Source: Psychrobacter cryohalolentis K5 (GTDB lineage: Bacteria > Pseudomonadota > Gammaproteobacteria > Pseudomonadales > Moraxellaceae). From it: DNA of 32,000 bases. The DNA lies in NCBI RefSeq assembly GCF_000013905.1, contig NC_007969.1, forward strand, positions 2,940,001-2,972,000, read 5' to 3'. Every line of letters begins with the position of its first letter. The first letter of the stretch is position 1. The position numbers were made by a program, and so were the translations under genes. This document shows positions 9,615 through 19,720 of the stretch, one piece after another. The notes beneath the pieces were generated by a model that was not told the origin of the DNA, did no database searches, and was given only the letters and a program-made list of their open reading frames with translations.

Positions 9615-12600
9615 CTACTTTTCCTCAGTCATTATATCTGGCTTACCATTCGGAGCAAGCCACTTACCAAACCATCCTGATAAGTCATCCATCAAGGTAT
9701 AGACCACTGGAATAACAACGAGGCTTAATAAGGTTGAGGTGACTAAACCTCCCAATACTGCTGCTGCCATCGGTCGACGGAAGGTCGGATCGGCATCACC
9801 CCAACCAAATACCAACGGCAACATACCAGCGCCCATCGCGATAGTGGTCATAATAATCGGACGCGCACGCTTACGACAAGCATCGATAATTGCCTCAAAA
9901 CGTGCTAGACCGCGCCGCTGAGCAATCAGTGCATAATCGACCAAAAGAATAGAGTTTTTGGTCGCAATGCCCATCAACATAATAAAACCAATCATCGAGG
10001 GCATCGACAGGCTGCTATTGGTAATTACCAAGCCTACAAAGGCACCACCGATAGACAGGGGCAATGCCATGAGAATCGTAAATGGCTGCAAGATGCGTCC
10101 AAATAATAATATAAGTACGCCCAAAATACAGACCACGCCGACCGACATTGCAATCACAAAGCCGCTAAATAACTCGGCCATATTTTCTGCTTGTCCTTGA
10201 TCAATAATAGTAATAGAGGCTGGAAGCTGTTGCATACTAGGTATACTCTTGACCGCTTGTACCAGATCACCAAGCTCACCATTGGCAGGCTGAACAGTAA
10301 TACTAATCGCACGCTCACGATCAAGGCGACTGATTTGCGCAGGTCCAGTACCAAAGTCGAGTGTCGCAACTTCGCCAACACGCACGCCTTGTCCTGCTGG
10401 TAGCGCACTTGGTACATATAAGCCTTCGAGTTGGCTGACGTTTTGCTTAGCGATATCTGGCAAGCGCACGACAATTGGTATCTGCCGCGTATCTAAATTC
10501 AGCTTGGACAAACGTTGCTCATAGTCACCAACGGTCGCCACACGTAAGGTCGTGGCGATATCTTGCGTCGTCACCCCTTTATCCGCCATTGCTAGCCTAT
10601 TTGGCGTGACGGTCAACTCTTGGCGTGGCAGGCTGCGATCACTCGTGACAGCACCAGAACTTGGTAGCTCACGGATCTCTGACATCATCTGCTGTACGGT
10701 TTGCTCAAGCAGTTGCGGGTCGGTGCTGGTCAAAGAAAAATTATAACCTGTCTCACCACCACTCGATAACCCGACCGTAAAGCGCGCACCGGGTATTTCT
10801 GCCAATATAGTACTCATCTTACGCTCAATCTCTTGCTTAGAGCCGCGCTCTGCTCTTGGCGCAAGTACAATATCTAGACCTGCTATATTTTCTGCCTTGC
10901 CACCGCTAGAGTTTGAGTCCATTGTCGCCTGCGCCTCACCTACCGATGTAAAGATATTGGTCACTTCAGGCATGGCTAAAATACGCTCACTTGCCAGCGC
11001 GGCAACTCGTTCCGTGTCCGCTAACGCCACATCGGGTGTCAGCTCAATCGCCACCCGTGTTTGGTCAATATCATTATCAGGTATAAAAGAGGTGGGTAAT
11101 AATTTTACCAAACCCAATGAAGCCACAAACAATACTAAGGTAGCACCCATCGTCATCCAGCGATGATCTAGCGTCCATGAGACCACTTTAAGATACCAAT
11201 CCATCAGCGCGCTCTGCTTTTCAACGTGCTTCTTTTCTGGTTTCAATATATATGCTGCCATCATCGGTGTGATAAGGCGCGCAACCATTAACGAGGCAAA
11301 TATTGATAATGCTGCTGTCCAACCAAACTGCCGAAAAAACTGCCCGACAATTCCGCCCATAAACGCAGTCGGTAAAAATACGGCAATCAAGGTGAAGGTA
11401 GTGGCAACAACCGCCAAACCAATTTCATCCGCCGCTTCCATTGCCGCCTCATAAGGCGTCTTACCCATACGCAAATGACGAATAATATTTTCAACTTCTA
11501 CAATGGCATCGTCGACCAGTACACCAATGACCAGCGACAGCGCCAATAAGGAGATAATATTAAGACTAAAACCAAACAGATACATACCCAAAAAAGTAGG
11601 TATGACGGACAATGGCAATGCCACAGCAGCCACAAAAGTCGCGCGGATATTGCGTAAAAATAAGAACACCACGACTACGGCAAGCAAACCACCTTCTATC
11701 AGCATCCGTAATGACGCTTGATAATCTTCAGCGACTGGCGTTGCTCGATCATAAACCTTTTCAATACTAATATTGCCCACATCTGCTGACAGCTTAGTAA
11801 GCTCAGCGTCAACCAGCTCCATGACTTCCACTTCACTGGCACCACGCGAGCGCGTAATATTGAATGCAACCACCGTTTGCCCATCGAGCTTGGCAATAGA
11901 GCTTGGATCAGCCGCGCCATCCGTAATTTGTGCCATGCGTCCAAGCGCTTGCGTACCGCCCGTAGGCACTGCAACTTGTAAGTTATTTAAATCGCTTGCA
12001 CGCTCAACAGCACCAAGTACACGAATGGTCTGCGTGGTTTTGCCGACTTCGGCTTCACCGCCTGAGCTGTCTTGCTGAATACCGGTGATTTGATTGGATA
12101 ATTGCGTGATAGAAAGCTTTAGACCACTCAAGGTAATAGGGTCAGCGGCAACCGTAATTTCACGCTGCAAACCGCCGATACGGCTAACAGTACTGACACC
12201 GGGTATATCAGATAAACGCTTGGTGACGGTATCATCGACAAACCAAGACAAGTCTTCTACATTCATTTTTTCAGCAGCGACAGAGTATGTGACGACTGGG
12301 AATCCTGATGTTGAGACTTTGGTGACGATAGGGTCATTGGCAGCGGCAGGCAAATCGCCACGTACCTCACCGACTGCCGAGCGCACATCATCAACCGCTT
12401 CTTGGATGTCTTTTTCTAAGACGAACTCAGCGACCATAGTGGCAGCGCCCGTCTGGAGCGTCGTACGAATGTGCTTGACGCCCTCAATACTGGTGAGCTT
12501 ATTTTCCACCTTTTTTGCAATATCGTTTTCAAGCTGCGATGGCGCAGCGCCCGGTAAAGTAACCGTGACCACCACCGCTGGTAGGTCAATATCGGGAAAC

Positions 12601-12713
12601 TGTTGCACCTTCATTTGCATAAAGCCATAGATACCGCCTAAGGTGAGCAGTACAAACAGCAAGATAGCCACTAATGGATTTTTAATCGAGTAGGCGGAAA
12701 CATTTAAACTCAT
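9615..12713 (-). CDS. RND family efflux transporter permease (AcrB/HAE-type)
   Basis: 1032-aa ORF with the 12-TM, two-large-periplasmic-loop architecture and typical AcrB-family motifs (VVTVTLPGA, LSLVIGVLVDDAIVEVENI, GIATKNSILLVDYA). The start overlaps the upstream adaptor gene by 4 nt (ATGA). Confidence 0.95.
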   Translation of the reverse strand: MSLNVSAYSIKNPLVAILLFVLLTLGGIYGFMQMKVQQFPDIDLPAVVVTVTLPGAAPSQLENDIAKKVENKLTSIEGVKHIRTTLQTGAATMVAEFVLEKDIQEAVDDVRSAVGEVRGDLPAAANDPIVTKVSTSGFPVVTYSVAAEKMNVEDLSWFVDDTVTKRLSDIPGVSTVSRIGGLQREITVAADPITLSGLKLSITQLSNQITGIQQDSSGGEAEVGKTTQTIRVLGAVERASDLNNLQVAVPTGGTQALGRMAQITDGAADPSSIAKLDGQTVVAFNITRSRGASEVEVMELVDAELTKLSADVGNISIEKVYDRATPVAEDYQASLRMLIEGGLLAVVVVFLFLRNIRATFVAAVALPLSVIPTFLGMYLFGFSLNIISLLALSLVIGVLVDDAIVEVENIIRHLRMGKTPYEAAMEAADEIGLAVVATTFTLIAVFLPTAFMGGIVGQFFRQFGWTAALSIFASLMVARLITPMMAAYILKPEKKHVEKQSALMDWYLKVVSWTLDHRWMTMGATLVLFVASLGLVKLLPTSFIPDNDIDQTRVAIELTPDVALADTERVAALASERILAMPEVTNIFTSVGEAQATMDSNSSGGKAENIAGLDIVLAPRAERGSKQEIERKMSTILAEIPGARFTVGLSSGGETGYNFSLTSTDPQLLEQTVQQMMSEIRELPSSGAVTSDRSLPRQELTVTPNRLAMADKGVTTQDIATTLRVATVGDYEQRLSKLNLDTRQIPIVVRLPDIAKQNVSQLEGLYVPSALPAGQGVRVGEVATLDFGTGPAQISRLDRERAISITVQPANGELGDLVQAVKSIPSMQQLPASITIIDQGQAENMAELFSGFVIAMSVGVVCILGVLILLFGRILQPFTILMALPLSIGGAFVGLVITNSSLSMPSMIGFIMLMGIATKNSILLVDYALIAQRRGLARFEAIIDACRKRARPIIMTTIAMGAGMLPLVFGWGDADPTFRRPMAAAVLGGLVTSTLLSLVVIPVVYTLMDDLSGWFGKWLAPNGKPDIMTEEK

Positions 12714-14032
12714 GAGCGCGCCTGCGTGTCTGTGCTAGTAGCCTGCTTACCAGTTTGACTCAGACCATCAACGACACGTACCAAGTCACCATTATTTAAA
12801 AAGCTTCCCCCTTGCTTTACAAGTCGGCTCTCTGCAGGGAGTGGCTCTGTGAGCATAATACTATCGCCAAAGCGCTCACCAAGGGTCACACGTTGTTGTT
12901 TGATACGGCCAATGTTGTGACCGTTTTTACCGTCTTTAGTACTGATATTGGTCACTAGCATCACATAGTCATAGCCGTCATTGCTGACAATGGCGCTATT
13001 AGGAACCGTTTGAGCGCTGCTACTACCCAATAAAAACTCGCCCGTTTGATACATGCCTGCTCTTACTTTCGCGTTAGCAGCAAGGCTAGCATAAATGGTA
13101 ATTTGCCTATTATTATCAGCAGTTGGTGCAATGCGACTGACCTCCCCCATGACAGAATCGCCGCCCGGTAGGCTAACTTGGACTGGTGTGCCAACATTAA
13201 CCTCACCAATCAGCTTAGGATCGATATCCGCACGCCATTCCAAAATACCACCTTTGATAATAGTAAATAGTGGGTCTCCACCAGCAATCATACCAACTTC
13301 AGCCATTTTTTCACTAATAATACCGCTAACCGGTGCAACCACATTGGCATTATTGACACTCAAGCGCTGCGTACTCAGTCGAGCTTTAGAGGCTTGCAGT
13401 GACGCCTGCGCTTGTAGTTTAGCCGTACGATAGCGATCCGCTTCTTGCTTGCTAATGGCATCAATATCAATAAGTGGCAGGACGCGGGCGGCATCGGCAG
13501 TGGCATTGGCAAGCGTCGCTTTTGCTTCGGCAACATCAGCTTCTGCTTGCAAGACTTGCTGCTCCATCGCGTCGGTATCAAATACAGCCAGTATTTGACC
13601 AGCTTTAACACGCTGACCTTCTTCGACCAATATCCGTTCAATCGCTACGCCGTTTACTTTGGCACTGACATTAGCGACATCCTTAGCATTGATGGTTCCG
13701 TCAGCACTGAGCGTATTACCAATATTATCTTGGCTTGGTAGCACTGTTTCGACCGATAATACAGCTTGCTCAATGCTAGCATCTTTTAGGTTAGCGCTAT
13801 CGTTTTGCACATTGTTAGCAACGGGCGACTCATTGCTCGCTTCCTCATCATTGCCCCAGTACTTACCAACCAATACCCCAATAACGAGCACAATAGCCAA
13901 TACTGGTAATAACCATAAAGGAAATTTTGATAATGGCTTATCTGATAAAGGCTTAGACGTTCGCGCATCAGATTGGCGGTATGGGGGTAGCTCAGATTCA
14001 ACTGGCAGCTTGTTGTCTTCAACATCGCTCAT
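12710..14032 (-). CDS. RND efflux periplasmic adaptor (membrane fusion protein), N-terminally anchored
   Basis: 440-aa ORF with one N-terminal TM helix (LWLLPVLAIVLVIGVLVG), a lipoyl/coiled-coil hairpin region rich in A/Q/E, and beta-barrel domains typical of the HlyD/AcrA family. It is translationally coupled to the permease. Confidence 0.9.
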   Translation of the reverse strand: MSDVEDNKLPVESELPPYRQSDARTSKPLSDKPLSKFPLWLLPVLAIVLVIGVLVGKYWGNDEEASNESPVANNVQNDSANLKDASIEQAVLSVETVLPSQDNIGNTLSADGTINAKDVANVSAKVNGVAIERILVEEGQRVKAGQILAVFDTDAMEQQVLQAEADVAEAKATLANATADAARVLPLIDIDAISKQEADRYRTAKLQAQASLQASKARLSTQRLSVNNANVVAPVSGIISEKMAEVGMIAGGDPLFTIIKGGILEWRADIDPKLIGEVNVGTPVQVSLPGGDSVMGEVSRIAPTADNNRQITIYASLAANAKVRAGMYQTGEFLLGSSSAQTVPNSAIVSNDGYDYVMLVTNISTKDGKNGHNIGRIKQQRVTLGERFGDSIMLTEPLPAESRLVKQGGSFLNNGDLVRVVDGLSQTGKQATSTDTQARS

Positions 14033-14430
14033 GATAACTCTCTGTCAATACAGGCAATAATAAGGATATATAATATGAGGAAAATAATAGGTGAAAATAG
14101 GCTAGCATTACGTTAAACGAGCATCTTTATATGGTCAAAATGCTGTTTGTGACTACAATAGTTCGTAAATTTATTGAGCATAGCATATATTAAGTTGTCA
14201 TCTGATTTATATATATAGTGTCTGAGCTTCGTAAGTTCCATACTGACTCAATATCGGCAGATATAAAAACGCTCCAAGCGAACATACTAAAAGTGATAAG
14301 CAATACATACCGCTTATTAATGAATTTGATAGCATCAAGATTCTTTTTGTAGATCGTAAGACAAAAAACACAGTCTTAAGAATGTGCGCTATATTTATCC
14401 TACTATTCTGTAGTTACTATAAATCTTCTA

Positions 14431-15546
14431 TTAGAAACGATAGCCGACGCCAAGGAAAGTAATATAAGGATCTATATCGAGGTGAGCTTTCGATCGAATC
14501 AACTCTTCATTCTTATCATTTTTAACGGTGATGGTCGTATCGCTGTCCAGTTTTGCATAAGACAATGACCCGACTCCAAACCATCTATCATTGAAATCAT
14601 AAGTAGCGCCAACAGTGACGATAGGTGCAAAAGCGCTTTCTGCCTCCACATCCACGTTCATCTCTCGATTGGATGGCACATTTTCTAGCGCAGCACCCGA
14701 TTTACCATCTTTGATATTCTGAATTTGATGTCCAGCTGCCTCTAAATCTTTACGAATACCATCATTTAGTTCAATACCGTTAAAATAGGCATACATAACC
14801 CCAGCACCGACATAAGGGCGAAACTTATTGACCCCAGATTTGCCAAACTGATATTGCACCCCCGCTGCCGGTAGCCATGCGCGAGCCCTAGATGCCACGC
14901 CATCACCTTGTTCTAAATCGGTTATAAGCTGTTCTTTTTTAATTTTAAATTTTGGTAGTGCATATTCTCCTATTCCACCAGCTGTAACCTCACCAGATAT
15001 AGGTGCATACACTTTCCCTTTACCCATAATATCTACTTTAGGAGGAAATCCGGCTTTGACTTCAATTGACCAGTTATCATTTAGATAATAGTTAAATAGC
15101 GAACCAAAAGTATCAACATCAGCAGACTCAAGACCCGTACCTGGACTGCTGAAATTCTCTAAACCGCCAAGCTTAACTTGACCTGATACATCACCTAGAG
15201 TAGTTCTAGACAAATCAGTTTCTTCACCTCTAAAGCTTACTACCCCTATAGCAGTTAGGCCTGTATTTACTTTAACTTTAGTGAGCTCATTTTGATCAGG
15301 ATCAATAACCTCTCTGACAGTTTTTATTTTAACACTGCCGTTTTTAGCGACAGTACCATCTTTAATGGCTGTCGTATTTTCTAGAGGATTGGCCGTGCCT
15401 TGTGGAGAGGCATGCAACCAGCCAGCAGAGACCGAAAAGCGTTTAAAGCTACCATCGGTTTTAAAATAATCGAATGCAGCAAAAGTAGACTGGCTAAATA
15501 ATAATGGTGTGGCGATAGCACAAACGAAGGTTAACGTCTTTTTCAT
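14431..15546 (-). CDS. OmpW-family outer-membrane beta-barrel protein (enlarged, 371 aa)
   Basis: Signal peptide MKKTLTFVCAIATPLLFSQSTFA. KFRPYVGAGVMYAYF and the C-terminal GVGYRF match my recollection of E. coli OmpW (KFRPYVGAGINYTTF, SAGYRF). AAGGA lies 6 nt upstream of the ATG. Confidence 0.8.
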   Translation of the reverse strand: MKKTLTFVCAIATPLLFSQSTFAAFDYFKTDGSFKRFSVSAGWLHASPQGTANPLENTTAIKDGTVAKNGSVKIKTVREVIDPDQNELTKVKVNTGLTAIGVVSFRGEETDLSRTTLGDVSGQVKLGGLENFSSPGTGLESADVDTFGSLFNYYLNDNWSIEVKAGFPPKVDIMGKGKVYAPISGEVTAGGIGEYALPKFKIKKEQLITDLEQGDGVASRARAWLPAAGVQYQFGKSGVNKFRPYVGAGVMYAYFNGIELNDGIRKDLEAAGHQIQNIKDGKSGAALENVPSNREMNVDVEAESAFAPIVTVGATYDFNDRWFGVGSLSYAKLDSDTTITVKNDKNEELIRSKAHLDIDPYITFLGVGYRF

Positions 15547-15891
15547 GAAACATCCTTGTTAATAAATTCAGGTCGTTAATAAAAAACATGAATGGCACAG
15601 TAGTCATCAGACAAAGCAGATAGATTGCCACTATGAAGTTAATCAAGTTCTCATCCTAACGTCCTGTTAGAATCGATAAAACGACTAGAAATACGCATAT
15701 TTTAACCATATATCATTATGTAAAACGCGATATCCTAGCAAACGCATGGAAGACACTGTGCCAATCCATTATCGTAAACTGCCACACAAATAATCATAGT
15801 TCAATAATAACTCATGAACACATAAGTCAATATTAGTTCATTAAAATAAGAATACAGTGTTAATTATTGGTTGATAAATGATTTATAAAAA

Positions 15892-15936
15892 CCATAAAAA
15901 AGCCATTATTTTAAGAAAATAATGGCTTTTTTATGG
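15892..15936 (-). terminator. Intrinsic terminator after recG (21-bp perfect arms)
   Basis: CCATAAAAAAGCCATTATTTT, loop AAG, AAAATAATGGCTTTTTTATGG. It lies 37 nt downstream of the recG stop and separates recG from the ompW-family gene. Confidence 0.8.
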
Positions 15937-15972
15937 TAACCAGTAATAGAAAACAGGTTGAGTTAACTATCA

Positions 15973-18321
15973 TTAAGCATTGGTATAACGACTTGCCTCT
16001 GGCATCCAACGATGAATCAGTTGGCTGACATCGGCTTTGCGTGCAGGATCTGCAATCAGATGCTTTGCCAAACGCTGGGCAATAGCAAATAACTGCTCAT
16101 CCCGAATAAGGTCCGCCAAATAATAGCCGACATTACCTGTTTGACGCTTTCCTAATAACTCGCCCGGACCACGCAGCTCTAAATCTTTTTGCGCAATGAC
16201 AAAACCATCAGTACTATCACGCAATACATTTAGACGTTCAGTACCTGTCTCCGACAACGGCTTCTGATACAACAGCACGCAATAGCTTTTTGTTGAACCG
16301 CGCCCGACTCGCCCGCGTAATTGGTGCAATTGCGATAGACCCAATCGCTCTGCATTTTCAATGACCATCAGAGAAGCATTGGGCACATCAACACCCACTT
16401 CGATAACTGTAGTAGCTATTAACAAATCAAGTTGTCCTGCCTTAAACGCTTGCATAATGGCTTGTTTATCAGCGCCTTTCATTTTGCCATGCACCAAGCC
16501 AATGCGAATATCCAGACGCTCGCTCAAATCTTCATAAGTCGCCTCAGCAGCTTGCGCATCGAGTACACTCGACTCTTCAACCAGTGAGCACACCCAATAT
16601 GCCTGCCTGCCAGCTTCACAATTAACTGCAATACGTTCAATCACCTCATCACGGCGGTTGCGGTCAATTGTTACGGTAGTAATCGGTGTACGCCCTGGTG
16701 GTAGCTCATCGATAATAGAAGTGTCCATATCGCCATAAACACTCATCGCTAGCGTCCGCGGAATGGGCGTTGCAGTCATAATCAGCTGATGCGGTGTGCT
16801 ACCAGCCACGCCTTTATTGGTCAACGCCATACGCTGCTCAACACCAAAACGATGCTGTTCATCGATAATAACCAAACCCAATTTGGCAAATTGTACCTGA
16901 TCCTGGAAAAGCGCATGAGTACCAACGACTACTTGTACGGTATTCTCGCTCACCGCTTCTAACGCTTCGCGGCGCTGCTTAGCGGTTTGTTTACCAGCCA
17001 ACCAACCAACCCCAATACCTAACGGCTCAAACCAGTTTTTGAAATTAACCAAATGCTGTTCCGCTAAAATCTCCGTCGGTGCCATCACCGCCACCTGCCA
17101 ACCACTATCTAATGCATAACCCGCCGCGCCTGCCGCGACTAAGGTTTTACCAGCGCCAACATCGCCTTGTACCAATCTGAGCATTGGTATTGAAGTCGCC
17201 ATATCAGCGGTAATGTCCCTCATAACTCTTTTTTGTGCACCCGTTAAATCAAATGGCAACGCACCAAACAATTTATCTGCCAATGGACTTTGGATAGCAC
17301 ATTTTGGCGCTTTATACTGATGCAATTGCTGACGGCGATATAATAAGCTGAGCTGATGTGCAGTCAACTCTTCAATAATGAGGCGTTGACAAGCAGCATG
17401 AGTACGAGCGCTTAATTGGGTTAATAATTTGTATTGTTGACCAGCATCAGTATAAGTAGGCGGCGTATGCAGTAATACCAACGCTTCAAATATGGTTAAA
17501 TTATAGACGTTATTATTAGCCATACTTATAGCATCGGAACTGGTATTATTTTGACTATGATAAAAAGAGGGCTTCGTTCTATTGACGCTACTGTTACTGC
17601 TATCACTACTACTAAAACCGTTGTCAGGCACACTACGCGCGAGGGTGGAAAAGATATCTTCTGGATAATCTGGCTCGGTTATCGGTATTTTAGCTGGTTC
17701 AAAAGGCACTAATGGCAAATCCGCAACGACTGAAAAATCCTCAGGCGTAAATAAAGTCATCGGCAAGCCCTGACTACGAACCGTTTGCAGTGCAAGCTTA
17801 ATTAATGTACGCAGCTTATTTTGATGTAAACCTTTAACGCTTGGATAAATAGGCTGTAAACCCGTATTTACTACCGTCTCGTTACTGCTGATAATTTGAT
17901 ATTCAGGATGATGTATCTGCTTACCGTAGCGGCTCACTTTGACTTCACCGAATAATTGTAGATGGGTACCTAGACACATGGTTTGAGCAAGTCCACGATA
18001 TACCTTAAAAAAGCGTAGAGATATCGTACCCGTGTCATCATCTACAATCACCGTCATGCCGCTGCGATTGGTATCGACATGCACGACGCGACCAGTAATC
18101 ATGGCGGCTTGTCCATGAGCCACATCGCCTATTGATACCAAGCGACTACGATCTTCATAGTCGCGTGGCAGATGTAGTAGCAAATCAAAGATACGGGCAA
18201 TGCCCAATTGCGCCAATTGCTCGGCCACTTTTGGTCCAACACCTGCCAGCGCCGTCACCGGCATATCAAGTGCCAAAACGTCTAGTAAATGAGGTGTAGC
18301 AGGGTTAACCGATGTGGGCAT
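15973..18321 (-). CDS. recG: ATP-dependent DNA helicase RecG
   Basis: Wedge domain plus SF2 helicase motifs (GDVGAGKT, DEQHRFG, TATPIPRT, QLHQLRGRVGRG). The ORF is open back to ATG 18375. I prefer ATG 18321 (MPTSVNP...) because AGGA lies 6 nt upstream, while 18375 has no RBS. Confidence 0.92.
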   Translation of the reverse strand: MPTSVNPATPHLLDVLALDMPVTALAGVGPKVAEQLAQLGIARIFDLLLHLPRDYEDRSRLVSIGDVAHGQAAMITGRVVHVDTNRSGMTVIVDDDTGTISLRFFKVYRGLAQTMCLGTHLQLFGEVKVSRYGKQIHHPEYQIISSNETVVNTGLQPIYPSVKGLHQNKLRTLIKLALQTVRSQGLPMTLFTPEDFSVVADLPLVPFEPAKIPITEPDYPEDIFSTLARSVPDNGFSSSDSSNSSVNRTKPSFYHSQNNTSSDAISMANNNVYNLTIFEALVLLHTPPTYTDAGQQYKLLTQLSARTHAACQRLIIEELTAHQLSLLYRRQQLHQYKAPKCAIQSPLADKLFGALPFDLTGAQKRVMRDITADMATSIPMLRLVQGDVGAGKTLVAAGAAGYALDSGWQVAVMAPTEILAEQHLVNFKNWFEPLGIGVGWLAGKQTAKQRREALEAVSENTVQVVVGTHALFQDQVQFAKLGLVIIDEQHRFGVEQRMALTNKGVAGSTPHQLIMTATPIPRTLAMSVYGDMDTSIIDELPPGRTPITTVTIDRNRRDEVIERIAVNCEAGRQAYWVCSLVEESSVLDAQAAEATYEDLSERLDIRIGLVHGKMKGADKQAIMQAFKAGQLDLLIATTVIEVGVDVPNASLMVIENAERLGLSQLHQLRGRVGRGSTKSYCVLLYQKPLSETGTERLNVLRDSTDGFVIAQKDLELRGPGELLGKRQTGNVGYYLADLIRDEQLFAIAQRLAKHLIADPARKADVSQLIHRWMPEASRYTNA

Positions 18322-18588
18322 CAAAAATCCTAACGATGTTAATATAAATTTTACAGGGTCAAGTGTCTTGTTCAAGAATTCATGCTAGCTTATAAGCTGT
18401 CTTATCATGTGATAATGATCAATATTCTGTAACGTGCCTAGCTATACCGCTAAATTATTATGCTAACTAATACCTTATGCTAAGCTATTTCGCCATACAA
18501 CGTCTAGCTGATTTCTGCGTAACCTATTGAGGCATACCCTACTACACCTCTATTTATTCCTCTATGATAATTTTTGATAAGGTTTTTT

Positions 18589-19596
18589 ATGTCCTCTCAT
18601 TCTATCTGCCACCCTTATTATCATTTTTTATTGACGCTTCGTCTGAGCCTCTTCGCTATATTTGCTATATTGATGAGTGCTTGCAATAGTTTGACGCCAG
18701 TCGCGCCAGCAGATACGTCAGTACCGAACAAACCTACGGTAGCTTTAGTATTAGGTGGTGGCGGTGCAAAAGGTTTCGCTCATGTAGGCGTGATTAAAGC
18801 ATTAGAAGAGAACGGTATCAAACCGACACTGGTAGTAGGCACCAGTGTCGGGAGCTTAGTTGGTAGCTTGTATGCCAGTGGTTATAATGCAAAGCAGCTT
18901 GAACACTTGGCACTGACCACCATTGATAGTGAATTGACAGACTTTACCTTATCTAACCAAGGTTTTATCGAAGGTATTAAGCTCAAAAACTTTATTAACG
19001 CGAATGTTGGTGGACGAACGATAGAAAACTTCCCCATCTCCTTTGCGGCGGTTGCTGCTGATAAAAACACGCTGAAAAAGACCGTATTTACCACCGGTGA
19101 TGTTGGGCTTGCGGTACAAGCATCCTGTAGTGTGCCTAATATCTTTATTGCACCGCGCATCCCTGAAAAAGTCGGCAAAAAATATATTGATGGTGGCGTG
19201 GTCAGCTTAGTGCCTGTGGATAGCGCCCGTGATTTAGGTGCCGATATTATTATCGCCGTTGATGTGACTGCTGCTAACGCTAGTACATCAACTGTCAATC
19301 AAAAACCGAACCTCAATTCATTAACCAGCTTTTGGGGCTTTCTTGAAAATAGTTTAATCGCCAATGCAGTCTATAACGCGAAAGCATCTCAGATTAATCA
19401 TAGCGCTGCATCAATGCGTCATGAGCGTGATCGTGCTGATATTGTGATTATGCCAAATGTCGGTCATATCAGCTCGCTAGATACTAGCCAGCGTAGCGCT
19501 GTGATTGCTGCTGGCTCGCAAGCCACTACCGCCCAAATTCATGCCATTAAGCAACTTATTAACGAAAAATCCAAGAGTAAATATGCCACTCTTTAA
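18589..19596 (+). CDS. Patatin-like phospholipase, probable lipoprotein (RssA/YchK-like)
   Basis: Has the GGGGAKG oxyanion motif, the GTSVGS nucleophile elbow and a DGG catalytic Asp motif. The N-terminal hydrophobic segment ends in LMSAC, a possible lipobox. The ORF track starts at TTG 18574, but ATG 18589 is more likely. Confidence 0.88.
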   Translation: MSSHSICHPYYHFLLTLRLSLFAIFAILMSACNSLTPVAPADTSVPNKPTVALVLGGGGAKGFAHVGVIKALEENGIKPTLVVGTSVGSLVGSLYASGYNAKQLEHLALTTIDSELTDFTLSNQGFIEGIKLKNFINANVGGRTIENFPISFAAVAADKNTLKKTVFTTGDVGLAVQASCSVPNIFIAPRIPEKVGKKYIDGGVVSLVPVDSARDLGADIIIAVDVTAANASTSTVNQKPNLNSLTSFWGFLENSLIANAVYNAKASQINHSAASMRHERDRADIVIMPNVGHISSLDTSQRSAVIAAGSQATTAQIHAIKQLINEKSKSKYATL

Positions 19597-19657
19597 TTTA
19601 TAGTGGAAAAAGATATATAAAAAATCCTGATAACTACAGATATCAAAGATTGACGAT

Positions 19658-19694
19658 AAAAAAAGCACCACAGTGATTGCTGCGGTGCTTTTTT
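19658..19694. terminator. Bidirectional intrinsic terminator between convergent genes
   Basis: A7, GCACCACAG, loop, CTGCGGTGC (one mismatch), T6. It lies between the patatin gene (+) and the 198-aa gene (-). Confidence 0.7.
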
Positions 19695-19720
19695 GTTGAA
19701 GCAGATATCAAAGCATATAC

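Noticed and set aside
9739-12630. Multiple plus-strand ORFs of 60-178 aa (for example 12094-12630 and 11773-12078) inside the RND permease gene
   Set aside because: They lie antisense to a strongly recognisable 1032-aa gene. Their translations are S/T/A/P/I-rich and low-complexity, as expected for the reverse frames of a membrane-protein gene. They have no RBS and no motifs.
18589-19596. Patatin-like phospholipase as a CBASS or other defence effector
   Set aside because: There is no adjacent cyclase (CD-NTase), sensor or other defence-type gene. The protein has an export or lipoprotein signal and sits between recG and housekeeping genes. This fits a housekeeping RssA/YchK-type enzyme.
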